Below are positions 1 to 9,632 of a DNA stretch of 64,000 nt, piece by piece. The position numbers and the translations under genes were made by a program. The first letter of the stretch is position 1. Each line of letters begins with the position of its first letter. The notes beneath the pieces are model-generated. The model saw nothing but the letters and a program-made list of their open reading frames with translations. It made no database searches and was not told the origin of the DNA. Source of the stretch: Candidatus Omnitrophota bacterium (GTDB lineage: Bacteria; Omnitrophota; Gorgyraeia; Gygaellales; Profunditerraquicolaceae); assembly GCA_028715415.1 (NCBI GenBank), contig JAQURX010000010.1, forward strand, positions 3,668-67,667, given 5' to 3'.

Positions 1-1238
1 TCAATAAAAAATATTTTACCCGGCTCTAACCTTCCAGAAACTTTAATGTTGGCAGGGTCAATATCTAAAACCCCGACTTCAGAAGCCATAACCACAAAAT
101 CATCATTTGTAACAATGTAACGGGCGGGACGCAATCCGTTTCTATCAAGGATTGCACCGATATTTTTCCCGTCAGTAAAAGCAATCGCAGCCGGGCCATC
201 CCAAGGCTCAATAAAACAGGCATGATATTTATAAAAATCCCTCAGCTCCTTACTCATATGCAAATCGTGTTCCCATGCTACGGGAATAAGCATCATCATG
301 ACATGTTCGAGCGGCCTTCCCGACAAAACCAGTAGTTCAAAGAAATTGTCAATTGCCGCAGAATCACTTCCGCCTTCAACTATAACCGGCTTAAGCTTCT
401 CTATATCGGTCCCAAATAATTCACTTGAAAGCAGGCGTTCCCGGGCACTGACTCCATTTACATTTCCACGCAAAGTATTAATCTCACCGTTGTGTGCTAA
501 AAATCTAAAAGGCTGTGCCAAATTCCAAGTAGGAAAAGTGTTGGTTGAATAACGCGAATGCACAAGGCACATGGCACTTTTCATAGATTCATCTTTAAGA
601 TCAAGAAAGAAATTATCAATCTGCCCGGGCATAAGCAAACCTTTGTAGGATAACGTACGGCAGGAAATATTAGTAATGTAAAAAGATTTCTTTTGCTTTA
701 ATTCAGATTCAAAAATTATCCTCTCAACCTGTTTTCTGATAACATAAAGCTTCCTTTCAAAATCTAATTCATCTTTTATGCTTTCATTCTTACCGATAAA
801 GATATGTTCAAAAACCGGCTGGGTGCTTTTTGCCCCCTCTCCGATATCAGAATCGTTTATCGGCAGAGTACGCCAACCCAGTAATATTTGATTCTGTTCT
901 TCAATAACATTCTCAAATGTTTCTTTACAGAATTTACGTTCCTCATCATCCTGAGGCAGGAATATTAACCCGCTGCCATAAGAAGCTAAATCCGGCAAAT
1001 CAATATTATTCTCCTGCGCTACTTTCTTAAAAAAGCCGTGAGGAATCTGGATTAAAATCCCTGCCCCGTCTCCGGTCTTTGGGTCAGAACCAACAGCCCC
1101 GCGATGCGATAAACGGTGTAAAACCTCAACGCCCTGTTTTATGATGGCGTTGGATTTATCTCCTTTAATATTGCAAACAAACCCCACTCCGCAAGAATCA
1201 TGTTCAAAGATAGGGTCATACAAACCTTGAGCTTTCAT
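1..1238 (-). CDS. gltB: Glutamate synthase large subunit, N-terminal glutamine amidotransferase domain (partial; gene runs off the window start)
   Basis: Minus-strand translation from ATG (complement of 1236-1238) gives MKAQGLYDPIFEHDSCGVGFVCNIKGDKSNA...GDGAGILIQIPHGFF, the conserved GltB N-terminus with the catalytic Cys. No stop before coordinate 1, so it is absent from the ORF track. Confidence 0.75.
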   Translation of the reverse strand, partial: MKAQGLYDPIFEHDSCGVGFVCNIKGDKSNAIIKQGVEVLHRLSHRGAVGSDPKTGDGAGILIQIPHGFFKKVAQENNIDLPDLASYGSGLIFLPQDDEERKFCKETFENVIEEQNQILLGWRTLPINDSDIGEGAKSTQPVFEHIFIGKNESIKDELDFERKLYVIRKQVERIIFESELKQKKSFYITNISCRTLSYKGLLMPGQIDNFFLDLKDESMKSAMCLVHSRYSTNTFPTWNLAQPFRFLAHNGEINTLRGNVNGVSARERLLSSELFGTDIEKLKPVIVEGGSDSAAIDNFFELLVLSGRPLEHVMMMLIPVAWEHDLHMSKELRDFYKYHACFIEPWDGPAAIAFTDGKNIGAILDRNGLRPARYIVTNDDFVVMASEVGVLDIDPANIKVSGRLEPGKIFFI

Positions 1239-1483
1239 AGCTTTACCTCGCTTATAGAAATACCCAGCTTCTTAATCTTTGCGCGCAGGGTATTTCTGTT
1301 TATGCCCAATAATCTAGCAGCCTTCTTCTGATTTCCAAAAGTAACAATTAACGTATTCTTAATTAACGACTTCTCTAGCGAATCTAGCATAATATGATAA
1401 ATCTTTCCTTCCTGCTCCTTAAGGAACATCCTGTCTAATTCTTTAAGTGCTCTTTCGATTTCTTGTGCATTAACGTCTGTCAT
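1235..1483 (-). CDS. Small Fis-family DNA-binding protein (C-terminal HTH as in NtrC/Fis)
   Basis: 82 aa; C-terminal KKAARLLGINRNTLRAKIKKLGI is a Fis/NtrC-type HTH. Start and stop overlap with gltB. Confidence 0.5.
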   Translation of the reverse strand: MTDVNAQEIERALKELDRMFLKEQEGKIYHIMLDSLEKSLIKNTLIVTFGNQKKAARLLGINRNTLRAKIKKLGISISEVKL

Positions 1484-1540
1484 TTTTCGCCCAAAGATTA
1501 GTCACTCTTGTTTATAAAAAATACCTGCTATCCTTAATGC

Positions 1541-1562
1541 ATGGGCGGTTTAAACCGCCCAT
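1541..1562 (-). other. Perfect 22-nt palindrome ATGGGCGGTTTAAACCGCCCAT 11 nt downstream of the glnN stop; stem-loop without adjacent T-tract (possible terminator or stability/regulator site)
   Basis: Direct reading of the inverted repeat; no canonical U-run on either strand. Confidence 0.35.
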
Positions 1563-1572
1563 ATTACCTGTG

Positions 1573-3780
1573 TTAATCTACAAACAACATCTCCCTGTAT
1601 TTAGGTAAATCCCAAGCATCGTCTGAAACAACAGCCTCCAGAGCATCCACATGTTTTCTGATATGTTCCATTAAAGGCTTAAGTTCCTCAAAGTATAGCT
1701 TAGCCCGGCTTTCATTATTAAGCTCTTTGGCTTGTTCAAGCAATTTCACCATCTCACCAGCATTGCGCCTGACATAATAGATCTTCTCAACAACATCACT
1801 ATAATGGGATTTCTTGTCATTAAGCGCGCCTAAATCAACCTTAAGGCCTTCTGACTTCTTTAGATTAACAAGTTCCTTAAGCGTGCGAGCAAGAAGTAAC
1901 TCATATTTATATCCTGCAGGGACAACTGAAGCATTAACCATCTCATTTAAAGTATTTGCCTCAATCTCCAAAGTAAGGTTATACATATGCACCCAAATAT
2001 GGTAGCGGGCAATAAGCTCTTCTTTTGAATAAACTTTATACTTTTCAAAAAGAGCTATATTCTTGCCTTGAGTTAAAACCTCTAATGCTTGGTAGGTTGC
2101 CGCGATATTAGGAAGCCCTCTCTTTTTAGCTTCTTTAACCCACTCCGGAGAATAGTTATTCCCTTCAAAACGGATATCTTTAGTTTCTTTAACAATCGCA
2201 CTAATTACTTTTAAAACCGAGGAATTAAAATCTTTTCCTGTTGAGGTGACCTTTTTAATCTCACTTGCCACATAATCAAGGCTCTCAGCAATAATAGTAT
2301 TAATTACTGCGATAGGTGTTGAAATATTCTGCGATGAACCAACTGCCCTAAATTCAAACTTTGCCCCAGTAAATGCAAAAGGTGAGGTGCGATTCCTATC
2401 AGTTGAATCTTTGTTGAACTTAGGCAGCCTTGCAATACCTAAATCAATAATATCGCGCTTTGAAACTTTGGTCTTTGCTCCCTTTTCAAGCATCTCCAAG
2501 ACTTTAGTCAACTGCTCTCCTAAGAAAACACTGATAATTGCCGGAGGCGCTTCATTGGCACCCAAGCGATGTTCGTTTCCTGCTAAAGCAACTGAAGAAC
2601 GCAATAAATCTCCGTGAATGTATACTGCCCGCAAAACCGCTGCTAACACAGCTAAGAATTGTAAATTATCTTCAGGGGTCTGCCCGGGATTAAGCAAGTT
2701 ATTCCCTTTATCATCAGCCAATGACCAGTTAAGATGCTTTCCGCTCCCATTGATTCCGGCAAATGGTTTCTCATGAAGCAAGCAAACTAGATTGTGCCGC
2801 AGAGCTACTTTCTTTAATAATTCCATAAGAAGCTGATTATGGTCCGCAGCAAGATTAGATTCCTCAAAGATTGGAGCGAATTCATACTGATGAGGGGCTA
2901 CTTCATTATGCCTTGTCATTACCGGGATACCTAATTTGTAGGCTTCTTCGGCAACTTCAAACATAAAATTAACTACGCGTTCTTTGATTGTGCCGAAATA
3001 CTGATCTTCTAATTGCTGGCCCTTGGGGGATGGGGCACCGACTAAAGTACGCCCTGCCATAACCAAATCTTGACGTAAATTATAATAATGTTTATCAATC
3101 AAAAAATATTCCTGTTCCGGACCACAGGTAGAAAATACTTTTTTAATATCCTTATGGCCGAAAAGCTTTAACAAACCAACTGCTGCCTTATTTAGTGCTT
3201 CGTCAGAACGGATGAGTGGTAATTTCTTATCAAGAGCAGCACCATGATATGAGATAAAAATCGTAGGGATACAAAGTGTTTTACCTAATGTGCTTTCAAT
3301 GATAAATGCGGGGCTTGAAGGATCCCATGCAGTGTATCCTCTTGCTTCGAATGTTGCACGGATACCACCTGAAGGAAAACTTGAAGCATCGGGCTCGCCT
3401 TGGATTAACTTCGACCCAGAAAACTTCTCAATCACCTTGCCATTATCTACAAAAGAAATGAAACTATCGTGCTTTTCTGCTGTTAACCCGGTCATCGGCT
3501 GGAACCAATGGGTGTAATATGTTGCGCCCTTAGACATCGCCCATTCTTTCATCGCATCGGCAATCTCATTTGCCTGCTGCAAACTAATAATAACACCCTC
3601 GGACATCCAGGATTTGAATGCATCAAAAGTATTCTTTGAGATATGCTTACGCATCGTCTCAACACTAAACGTATTCTCGCCAAAATAGCTGGAGACTTTT
3701 TTAGAATGATTATTCTTATCTAAGTCTATATTTTTAATTTTAAATAAAACTTCCTGCCTTATACTCATTTTTCCCTCCAA
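1573..3780 (-). CDS. glnN: Glutamine synthetase type III (GSIII)
   Basis: 735 aa, the size typical of GSIII (about 730 aa) rather than GSI (about 470 aa); GS catalytic-domain motifs present; immediately downstream of PII and Amt. Confidence 0.85.
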   Translation of the reverse strand: MEGKMSIRQEVLFKIKNIDLDKNNHSKKVSSYFGENTFSVETMRKHISKNTFDAFKSWMSEGVIISLQQANEIADAMKEWAMSKGATYYTHWFQPMTGLTAEKHDSFISFVDNGKVIEKFSGSKLIQGEPDASSFPSGGIRATFEARGYTAWDPSSPAFIIESTLGKTLCIPTIFISYHGAALDKKLPLIRSDEALNKAAVGLLKLFGHKDIKKVFSTCGPEQEYFLIDKHYYNLRQDLVMAGRTLVGAPSPKGQQLEDQYFGTIKERVVNFMFEVAEEAYKLGIPVMTRHNEVAPHQYEFAPIFEESNLAADHNQLLMELLKKVALRHNLVCLLHEKPFAGINGSGKHLNWSLADDKGNNLLNPGQTPEDNLQFLAVLAAVLRAVYIHGDLLRSSVALAGNEHRLGANEAPPAIISVFLGEQLTKVLEMLEKGAKTKVSKRDIIDLGIARLPKFNKDSTDRNRTSPFAFTGAKFEFRAVGSSQNISTPIAVINTIIAESLDYVASEIKKVTSTGKDFNSSVLKVISAIVKETKDIRFEGNNYSPEWVKEAKKRGLPNIAATYQALEVLTQGKNIALFEKYKVYSKEELIARYHIWVHMYNLTLEIEANTLNEMVNASVVPAGYKYELLLARTLKELVNLKKSEGLKVDLGALNDKKSHYSDVVEKIYYVRRNAGEMVKLLEQAKELNNESRAKLYFEELKPLMEHIRKHVDALEAVVSDDAWDLPKYREMLFVD

Positions 3781-3794
3781 AAGAAATTAAGTTG

Positions 3795-4136
3795 TTAACC
3801 AATTGCCAAACTTCCGCGCTCTTCTGTCCGTATGCGTACGCACTCTTTTAAATCCAAAACAAAAATCTTACCATCACCTGTTTCCCCGGTCTTTGCTCCT
3901 TTGATAATTGCCTTGATCGTCGGCTCTACATAGTTATCATTTACGGCAATCTCAAGACGAATTTTACGCAAAAGATTCCCGGTCTCCTTTGCTCCACGGT
4001 AAATCTCGGTTACTCCCTTTTGACGGCCGTGCCCCAACACTTCATTAACCGTAATAAGATTTACCTCTGCATTATATAATTCTTCTTTTACTTCTTCTAA
4101 TTTGTCCGGCTGAATAATCGCTATAATTAATTTCAT
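3795..4136 (-). CDS. glnB: Nitrogen regulatory protein P-II
   Basis: 113 aa, [20 protein letters not shown]...GDGKIFV, PII family signature; sits between amt and glnN. Confidence 0.9.
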   Translation of the reverse strand: MKLIIAIIQPDKLEEVKEELYNAEVNLITVNEVLGHGRQKGVTEIYRGAKETGNLLRKIRLEIAVNDNYVEPTIKAIIKGAKTGETGDGKIFVLDLKECVRIRTEERGSLAIG

Positions 4137-4164
4137 ATTAACCTCCAGATATTTCTAAATAAAA

Positions 4165-5394
4165 CTACTCTAAAACCGTATAAGCTCTCTCACGGTGCTG
4201 AGTTAAGTCCAAACCCATTAACTCCGATTTCTCATCAACCCTGACACCGATAAATAAATCAACTATTTTGTAAATTACTACTGTAAGGACCCCTGTAAAA
4301 ACTATCGTAATCCCGACTGCTGCTAATTGCACAAAGAATTGCTTAGGGTTCCCAAAGAATAATCCATTTGCTCCTGCTGCATTTACTGCTTTTGAGGCAA
4401 ACAAACCTGTTGCTAAAGCGCCCCAAATACCCCCTACACAATGCACGCCAAAAGCATCCAATGAATCATCATACCCAAATTTAGGTTTTACTACAGTAAC
4501 GGCAATAAAACAAAACACACTTACTAACAACCCGATTATTATCGCAGGAATAACACTGACAAAACCCGCAGCCGGAGTAATCGCAACTAACCCGGCAACT
4601 GCTCCAGAACACAAACCAAATATTGTCGGCTTTCCATTATGCATCCATTCAATCAGCGCCCAGCTTAAACCCGCAGCTGCAGCCGCAGTATTCGTAACTA
4701 CAAATGCATTTACTGCTAAACCATTTGCCGCAAGCGAGCTGCCCGCATTAAATCCGAACCAACCAAACCATAATAAACCCGTCCCCAAGACTACAAAAGG
4801 CATGTTATGAGGAGTTGGGATATTCTTTTCTAAATTAGTCCTCTTGCCCAATACAATTGCGGTTATAATTGCTGCAATCCCGGCATTAATATGCACAACT
4901 GTGCCTCCGGCAAAATCAAGCGCACCTATATTACGCAAGAAACCTCCCACTCCCCAGACCCAATGGCAAAGCGGAGCATAAACAAATGTCGCCCAGAGAA
5001 GAGTAAAAACCAAAAATGCGGAAAATTTCATCCTCTCGGCAAAAGCACCGATTATTAAAGCAGGAGTTATAATTGCAAACATACACTGGAAAATCATAAA
5101 TGCCTGATGAGGAATTGTCCCAGCGTAATCTGCATACGGCTCTAAGCCTACCCCGCGTAAACCTGCCCAGGCAAATCCTCCCCAGAAAGCTTTCGCAGGA
5201 GCAAAAGAAAGGCTATACCCAATTAACACCCAGTGGATACTCAATACACACATAACGATAAAACATTGCATCAAAACGCTAAGCACATTTTTACGCCTGA
5301 CCATCCCGCCATAGAAAAACGCTAAAGCCGGGGTCATAAGTAAGACTAAAGCTGACGATATTAAAACCCATGCTGTATCTCCGGAATTTATCAT
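4165..5394 (-). CDS. amt: Ammonium transporter (Amt/MEP family)
   Basis: 409 aa polytopic membrane protein with Amt-family conserved stretches (DFAGGTVVHINAG, GAVAGLVAITPAAGFV). Confidence 0.9.
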   Translation of the reverse strand: MINSGDTAWVLISSALVLLMTPALAFFYGGMVRRKNVLSVLMQCFIVMCVLSIHWVLIGYSLSFAPAKAFWGGFAWAGLRGVGLEPYADYAGTIPHQAFMIFQCMFAIITPALIIGAFAERMKFSAFLVFTLLWATFVYAPLCHWVWGVGGFLRNIGALDFAGGTVVHINAGIAAIITAIVLGKRTNLEKNIPTPHNMPFVVLGTGLLWFGWFGFNAGSSLAANGLAVNAFVVTNTAAAAAGLSWALIEWMHNGKPTIFGLCSGAVAGLVAITPAAGFVSVIPAIIIGLLVSVFCFIAVTVVKPKFGYDDSLDAFGVHCVGGIWGALATGLFASKAVNAAGANGLFFGNPKQFFVQLAAVGITIVFTGVLTVVIYKIVDLFIGVRVDEKSELMGLDLTQHRERAYTVLE

Positions 5395-5407
5395 TTAATT
5401 TCTCCCT

Positions 5408-6217
5408 TCAAAAATTTATATCTAACTGAAAAGTTATAGTATCAGTCAGGTTTTTATTATTGTAAATATCATACGCAACGAGCGCTGAAATATCTTTTGT
5501 GAAACTCCAGGCAAACCCTGCGTTTAAGGCGCCATAAGCAGATTGCGATCCCTGATAATCAACACATAGCCACAATTTATCACTAATCTCTGACATGGTG
5601 CGCTCCCAACCAATCATTGGGCCGGTATTATCGCGTAAGCTATTCTTATCCCTAAGCAGCTTGCCATTACCTGAAAAATAGCCTCCGGAGACCCTGCCTA
5701 AGTTCACCTTACCTATATTAAGAGTTTTGGCAATCCTGCCATACCAAACATTATTGTTGGTCCGGTTCGCTCTTGTGCCCATATCATAGGAACCAATAGC
5801 AACTGCAGGCATATTCTTAAAATAGGCGTCTTCCGGAACACCAAGTTTAAAATGGAAATACCAGGGAGTTGAATCATAAAAAGAACCTAAACCCTTCTTA
5901 TAATCAAACCCTGTTTCAGCCATAATCTTGCCTAATGGCTTCCAAACCTTTCCCAAAAGGTTATCTTCCGGCTTATCTGATAATAAACTAAAGACCGGGC
6001 CCCAATCTTGCAGGCAATAATTATGCTGATCATAGTTATCCGCGTTAGTCCCCTTTGAAGTGGTAGGAACATAAATATCATAACCCAAATGAATCTTCTT
6101 ATAAGGCTGAATATCCGTAGATGGAGCCCAAATAAGAGTTGTAGGCGTAGCATACAACAAGTTAACCCCTAAAACACAAAATATAAAACATATTAAAGCA
6201 ATTCTTATTTTCTTCAT
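5408..6217 (-). CDS. Outer-membrane beta-barrel (porin-like) protein, first gene of the amt-glnB-glnN operon
   Basis: Signal peptide (MKKIRIALICFIFCVLGVNLLYA), alternating amphipathic beta-strand pattern, C-terminal Phe (…QLDINF). The likely start is the ATG at 6217; the ORF-track start at 6229 is a GTG. Confidence 0.5.
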   Translation of the reverse strand: MKKIRIALICFIFCVLGVNLLYATPTTLIWAPSTDIQPYKKIHLGYDIYVPTTSKGTNADNYDQHNYCLQDWGPVFSLLSDKPEDNLLGKVWKPLGKIMAETGFDYKKGLGSFYDSTPWYFHFKLGVPEDAYFKNMPAVAIGSYDMGTRANRTNNNVWYGRIAKTLNIGKVNLGRVSGGYFSGNGKLLRDKNSLRDNTGPMIGWERTMSEISDKLWLCVDYQGSQSAYGALNAGFAWSFTKDISALVAYDIYNNKNLTDTITFQLDINF

Positions 6218-6245
6218 GGTTCTATTCACCCTTCCTGCGCCTCAA

Positions 6246-6389
6246 TAAAAAAGAGACGCTTCCACCTTAAAAAGGTTTAAGACGTCTCTGTCTTTAACAC
6301 TAAAAAAGCCCTTCCCAAAGCACTCATTGCTCTGAAAAGGGCATCATTGTCCTTAAAAAAGAAAAAGCCCCAAATTATTTTTTGGGGCT
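6246..6389 (-). terminator. Three tandem hairpin+T-tract structures on the minus strand in the leader of the porin-amt-glnB-glnN operon
   Basis: T1 AGCCCC..GGGGCT (6366-6389) followed by TTTTTCTTTTTT; T2 GCCCTT..AAGGGC (6308-6343) followed by T6; T3 AGAGACG..CGTCTCT (6252-6289) followed by T6, ending about 30 nt upstream of the porin start codon. Confidence 0.5.
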
Positions 6390-6420
6390 TCTCTGCCTAT
6401 TTGACATCACTGTCAAAATA

Positions 6421-6448
6421 AGTATAACATTTTCTCTTTTTTTGTCAA
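6421..6448 (-). promoter_or_regulatory. Sigma70-like promoter TTGACA-16 nt-TATACT (minus strand)
   Basis: Complement of 6443-6448 is TTGACA and complement of 6421-6426 is TATACT, 16-nt spacer. Located between the small membrane-protein gene and the terminator-rich leader. Confidence 0.45.
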
Positions 6449-6481
6449 GTATTATTTTTTAAATTGTAGTTTCAAAGGACT

Positions 6482-6700
6482 TCATTCTTTGGCTATTGCA
6501 AGAGTGATTATACCTGCGAGAACCAAAAATGGCCCTGTGCAACCTTTAATAACCAGCCATGAATGCTGCCACCAAAGCCTACCAAGAAGTAAATAAGCAG
6601 CTAACCCTAAGAAAACTAAACCTAAAATAACCTTAGACATTGTACCCATTGCATTTTTACATTCACATTTCTTCTCTTCCTGTTTTACTTCATCTGCCAT
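6482..6700 (-). CDS. Small two-TM membrane protein, unknown function
   Basis: 72 aa, N-terminal CECK motif followed by two hydrophobic helices. Confidence 0.35.
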   Translation of the reverse strand: MADEVKQEEKKCECKNAMGTMSKVILGLVFLGLAAYLLLGRLWWQHSWLVIKGCTGPFLVLAGIITLAIAKE

Positions 6701-6713
6701 ATTACCACCTCCT

Positions 6714-7625
6714 TTAACTTGGTTTACTTTTCCATCTACGGTGAATCCAACCCCATTCAGCAGGGTATTTTCTTATATACAGTTCAATCACATTTGTCAA
6801 TCTTTGGATATTTATAGCAATTGTTTCTTTGGAATCTTTCCCTTCTTCTAACTCTATAGGCTCATCAAAGATAATCTTATGCTTATTATCGTCTTTTCTC
6901 ACAATAAAGCAAGGCAATAAAACCGCCTGGGTGCGCTGTGCGAAAACAACCGGGCCGGTTGCTGTTGCTGCTTTAACCCCAAAGAAATCTACAAAAACCC
7001 CGGCAGTGCCAAAATTCTGGTCTATGGGAATAAACACAATCGCGTTATTGCGCAATTCCCTGATTGTTGAATCAACACAAACATTGCGCGGCTGGCTATA
7101 AATTGTTTTAACGTTGTATTTTTTGCGCTTATCCAAAAAGATTTTTTCAACGCGTTCATCGCGCATTGGCCGCATGATCCCAGAAACATCATAGCCTTCC
7201 TGGCTTAATCGGGCTAAAAGCAAAGGAAAATTCCCAAAATGAGCACTCACCAAGATTACTCCCTTACCGCGGGAAAGAGCCTGGTCAAGATTCTTTAAAT
7301 TCTCAAACCCAACGCTATTTCTTAATAGTTCTGGCTTATCCATCATAAACATAAGCTCAATAGCTGATTTAGCCATAAGGTTAAAACTATCTTCTGCGAT
7401 CTTCTCTAATTCCTGGTTAGGCTTATCCTCGCCAAAAGCGATCTTTAAGCTTTCTAAAGCAATCTTCTTTTGCTTTTTCGCAAAACGATAGGCTAATGAT
7501 GATAATCCACTGGCAAACCCGTAGATACAGCGTTTTGGGATGAATTTAATTGCCAAAGAGCAAAAAATTATTCCAAACCAGCCAAAAAACCGAGGGACGC
7601 TTTTTTTTATTTTTTTTAGATCCAT
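6714..7625 (-). CDS. Lipid A biosynthesis lauroyl/myristoyl acyltransferase family (LpxL/HtrB-like)
   Basis: 303 aa, N-terminal TM anchor, overall similarity to the Kdo2-lipid IVA late acyltransferase family (PF03279). Confidence 0.65.
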   Translation of the reverse strand: MDLKKIKKSVPRFFGWFGIIFCSLAIKFIPKRCIYGFASGLSSLAYRFAKKQKKIALESLKIAFGEDKPNQELEKIAEDSFNLMAKSAIELMFMMDKPELLRNSVGFENLKNLDQALSRGKGVILVSAHFGNFPLLLARLSQEGYDVSGIMRPMRDERVEKIFLDKRKKYNVKTIYSQPRNVCVDSTIRELRNNAIVFIPIDQNFGTAGVFVDFFGVKAATATGPVVFAQRTQAVLLPCFIVRKDDNKHKIIFDEPIELEEGKDSKETIAINIQRLTNVIELYIRKYPAEWGWIHRRWKSKPS

Positions 7626-7679
7626 TCAAGTTATTTCCTGAGAAATTATAACAAAATCAACTTTGCATTTCAATACTAT

Positions 7680-8162
7680 TTAGAGCTTATATCCGATCCT
7701 GCGCAACAAATCATGCCGGCATTTTCTGTCGTCACTTGACTCTACGCCTTTGGGCTTAAACCCATCAATTACGCCTATAATCCCTCTGCCCTGCTGGCTT
7801 TCAGCTATAATCACCTCAACAGGATTAGCTGAAGCACAATAAATTGAGCAAACTTCAGGGACATTCTTAATCGCATTTAATACATTTATAGGGTAGGCAT
7901 TTTTAATAAAAATAATAAACGCATGCCCGGTAGCAATTTCAAGAGCATTCTCTTCGGCAAGCGTTTTTAGCTCCGGGTCGTTTCCTTCACACCTTATCTT
8001 GCAATCACCGCTTGACTCAACAAAACCAAGCCCGAACTTTATTCCCGGAACATTCATTAAAACCTCATACAAATCTTCAACGGTTTTGATAAAATGGCTC
8101 TGCCCTAAGATAAAATTTAACTCATCCGGTTTCTTTATTTTAACAAGCTTTATCTCTACCAT
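7680..8162 (-). CDS. Conserved hypothetical protein (possibly adenosine-specific kinase / DUF355-like family)
   Basis: 160 aa soluble protein; family assignment from memory only, not verifiable here. Confidence 0.3.
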   Translation of the reverse strand: MVEIKLVKIKKPDELNFILGQSHFIKTVEDLYEVLMNVPGIKFGLGFVESSGDCKIRCEGNDPELKTLAEENALEIATGHAFIIFIKNAYPINVLNAIKNVPEVCSIYCASANPVEVIIAESQQGRGIIGVIDGFKPKGVESSDDRKCRHDLLRRIGYKL

Positions 8163-8171
8163 AAATTCCTC

Positions 8172-9578
8172 CTACTCAATTTCAATTTTCCTAAAGCCAG
8201 TTGAATCAAACGGCAAGTCTCCTCCGTAAATCTTAATCGCGCTTAAAAGAAAATCGGGATCTCCTAAAATTTTAAGGGGAATCTTCAAAGTCAGCTCTTT
8301 TGGCTTTAATTTCAATGATACGCTTTTTGAATTTATCCTTCTTCTTTTATCAAGCATGATGAGTTTTTCTCCTTTGATATGCGCTTCAATCTTTGGCATT
8401 TTTGCAAAAGGAGTTTTTGAATTATAACCAAACAAATATAGCAATAAATTAAACGAGCGGTTATTTTTTCCTAATTTCTCAACCCTGATCAGGAAATTCC
8501 CTTCGCTGACTGCGTAACTTACTTTTTCTCTCTCTCCGATATTAACCTTTTTTGCGGTTTCCATTTCATTAGATTCCGCGAACATCTCAATAAAATCAGA
8601 AAAAAACGGCTCTTTTATTTTTGATACAACGTCTCTCTTAAAATGTATTACAGGATAGTCGCCGAACAACTCGTTCTTGCGGACAAATGAAAACAAATAG
8701 AAGGCGCTTGACATTGTCTGGCTTTTGTAACATTTCATTGCCTGAATTTTTTTCTTCACTTGCCCGGGGGTCAAATCATCCCTAAGCCAATGAATCTGGC
8801 CATCCATAAACTTTTTCGGAGGCTCTAAATCTAAATCTGGATGTAAATGGCGCGGAAGAGGCCACCCAGAACAATGTACAAGATAAGGATAAACTTCCGG
8901 ATCAAAACCCTCTTTACCCAAGCCTCGAAGAACTATCTGTAGATACAAATAAAGGGATTTGTGATCTACATTCACATCAGCCGGATGCGAGACAAAAATC
9001 TTAGTTGGTTTATAATCAACGATTATCCTTCTTAAATCACTTAAAATATTCTGCCCTACATAAGGAGCCTTATAAGAAACGCTATCTTTGTAAGGCACTT
9101 CTGAGATACGGCACAGGACGCACCAGAAAGGCTTCTGTGGATCCCAATATTGATTTAAAATCGCGAATGTCCCAAAATCAGGATAGCCGAGGAAATAAAG
9201 GTCTTCCTTTTCTACCCCTAATATATTCATCGCCTTTATTGCTTCCTGCCTACGCACCTCTCCCATATAGATGAATGCCTTTCTACGGAAGACTAACCTT
9301 TTTTCATAAATAATAAAGGCGGCTTCATTATGATCGCCGTTAGTCAAATAAGCGATTTTAACCTGAGCACCCTGCGCTTTAGCCTGCTGGATTACTCCGC
9401 CGCAACCGATAGTTTCATCATCAGGATGAGGCGCTAAAATAAGGACACGATCCGTCTTATCAAATGGGCCTAATTCATGGAGCACCTGATTCTGCGGCTG
9501 AGGGATCAATTCAGGATAGCATTGATCTAGGCCTAAGATAATAAACAATAGGAGCATAAAGATTGATTTCTTAATCAT
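8172..9578 (-). CDS. Secreted PIG-L/LmbE-family deacetylase domain protein with about 220-aa C-terminal extension
   Basis: Signal peptide, then LILAPHPDDETIGCGGV...TNGDHN (PIG-L zinc-site motif HPDDE). Confidence 0.6.
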   Translation of the reverse strand: MIKKSIFMLLLFIILGLDQCYPELIPQPQNQVLHELGPFDKTDRVLILAPHPDDETIGCGGVIQQAKAQGAQVKIAYLTNGDHNEAAFIIYEKRLVFRRKAFIYMGEVRRQEAIKAMNILGVEKEDLYFLGYPDFGTFAILNQYWDPQKPFWCVLCRISEVPYKDSVSYKAPYVGQNILSDLRRIIVDYKPTKIFVSHPADVNVDHKSLYLYLQIVLRGLGKEGFDPEVYPYLVHCSGWPLPRHLHPDLDLEPPKKFMDGQIHWLRDDLTPGQVKKKIQAMKCYKSQTMSSAFYLFSFVRKNELFGDYPVIHFKRDVVSKIKEPFFSDFIEMFAESNEMETAKKVNIGEREKVSYAVSEGNFLIRVEKLGKNNRSFNLLLYLFGYNSKTPFAKMPKIEAHIKGEKLIMLDKRRRINSKSVSLKLKPKELTLKIPLKILGDPDFLLSAIKIYGGDLPFDSTGFRKIEIE

Positions 9579-9632
9579 AGTTGGTTAATTGTATCATACA
9601 TGTAAAATCAACTCAATATCTAATCTTAATGA

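Noticed and set aside
298-552. 84-aa plus-strand ORF
   Set aside because: It lies antisense inside the gltB N-terminal coding region, has low-complexity S/L-rich composition and no start context: spurious.
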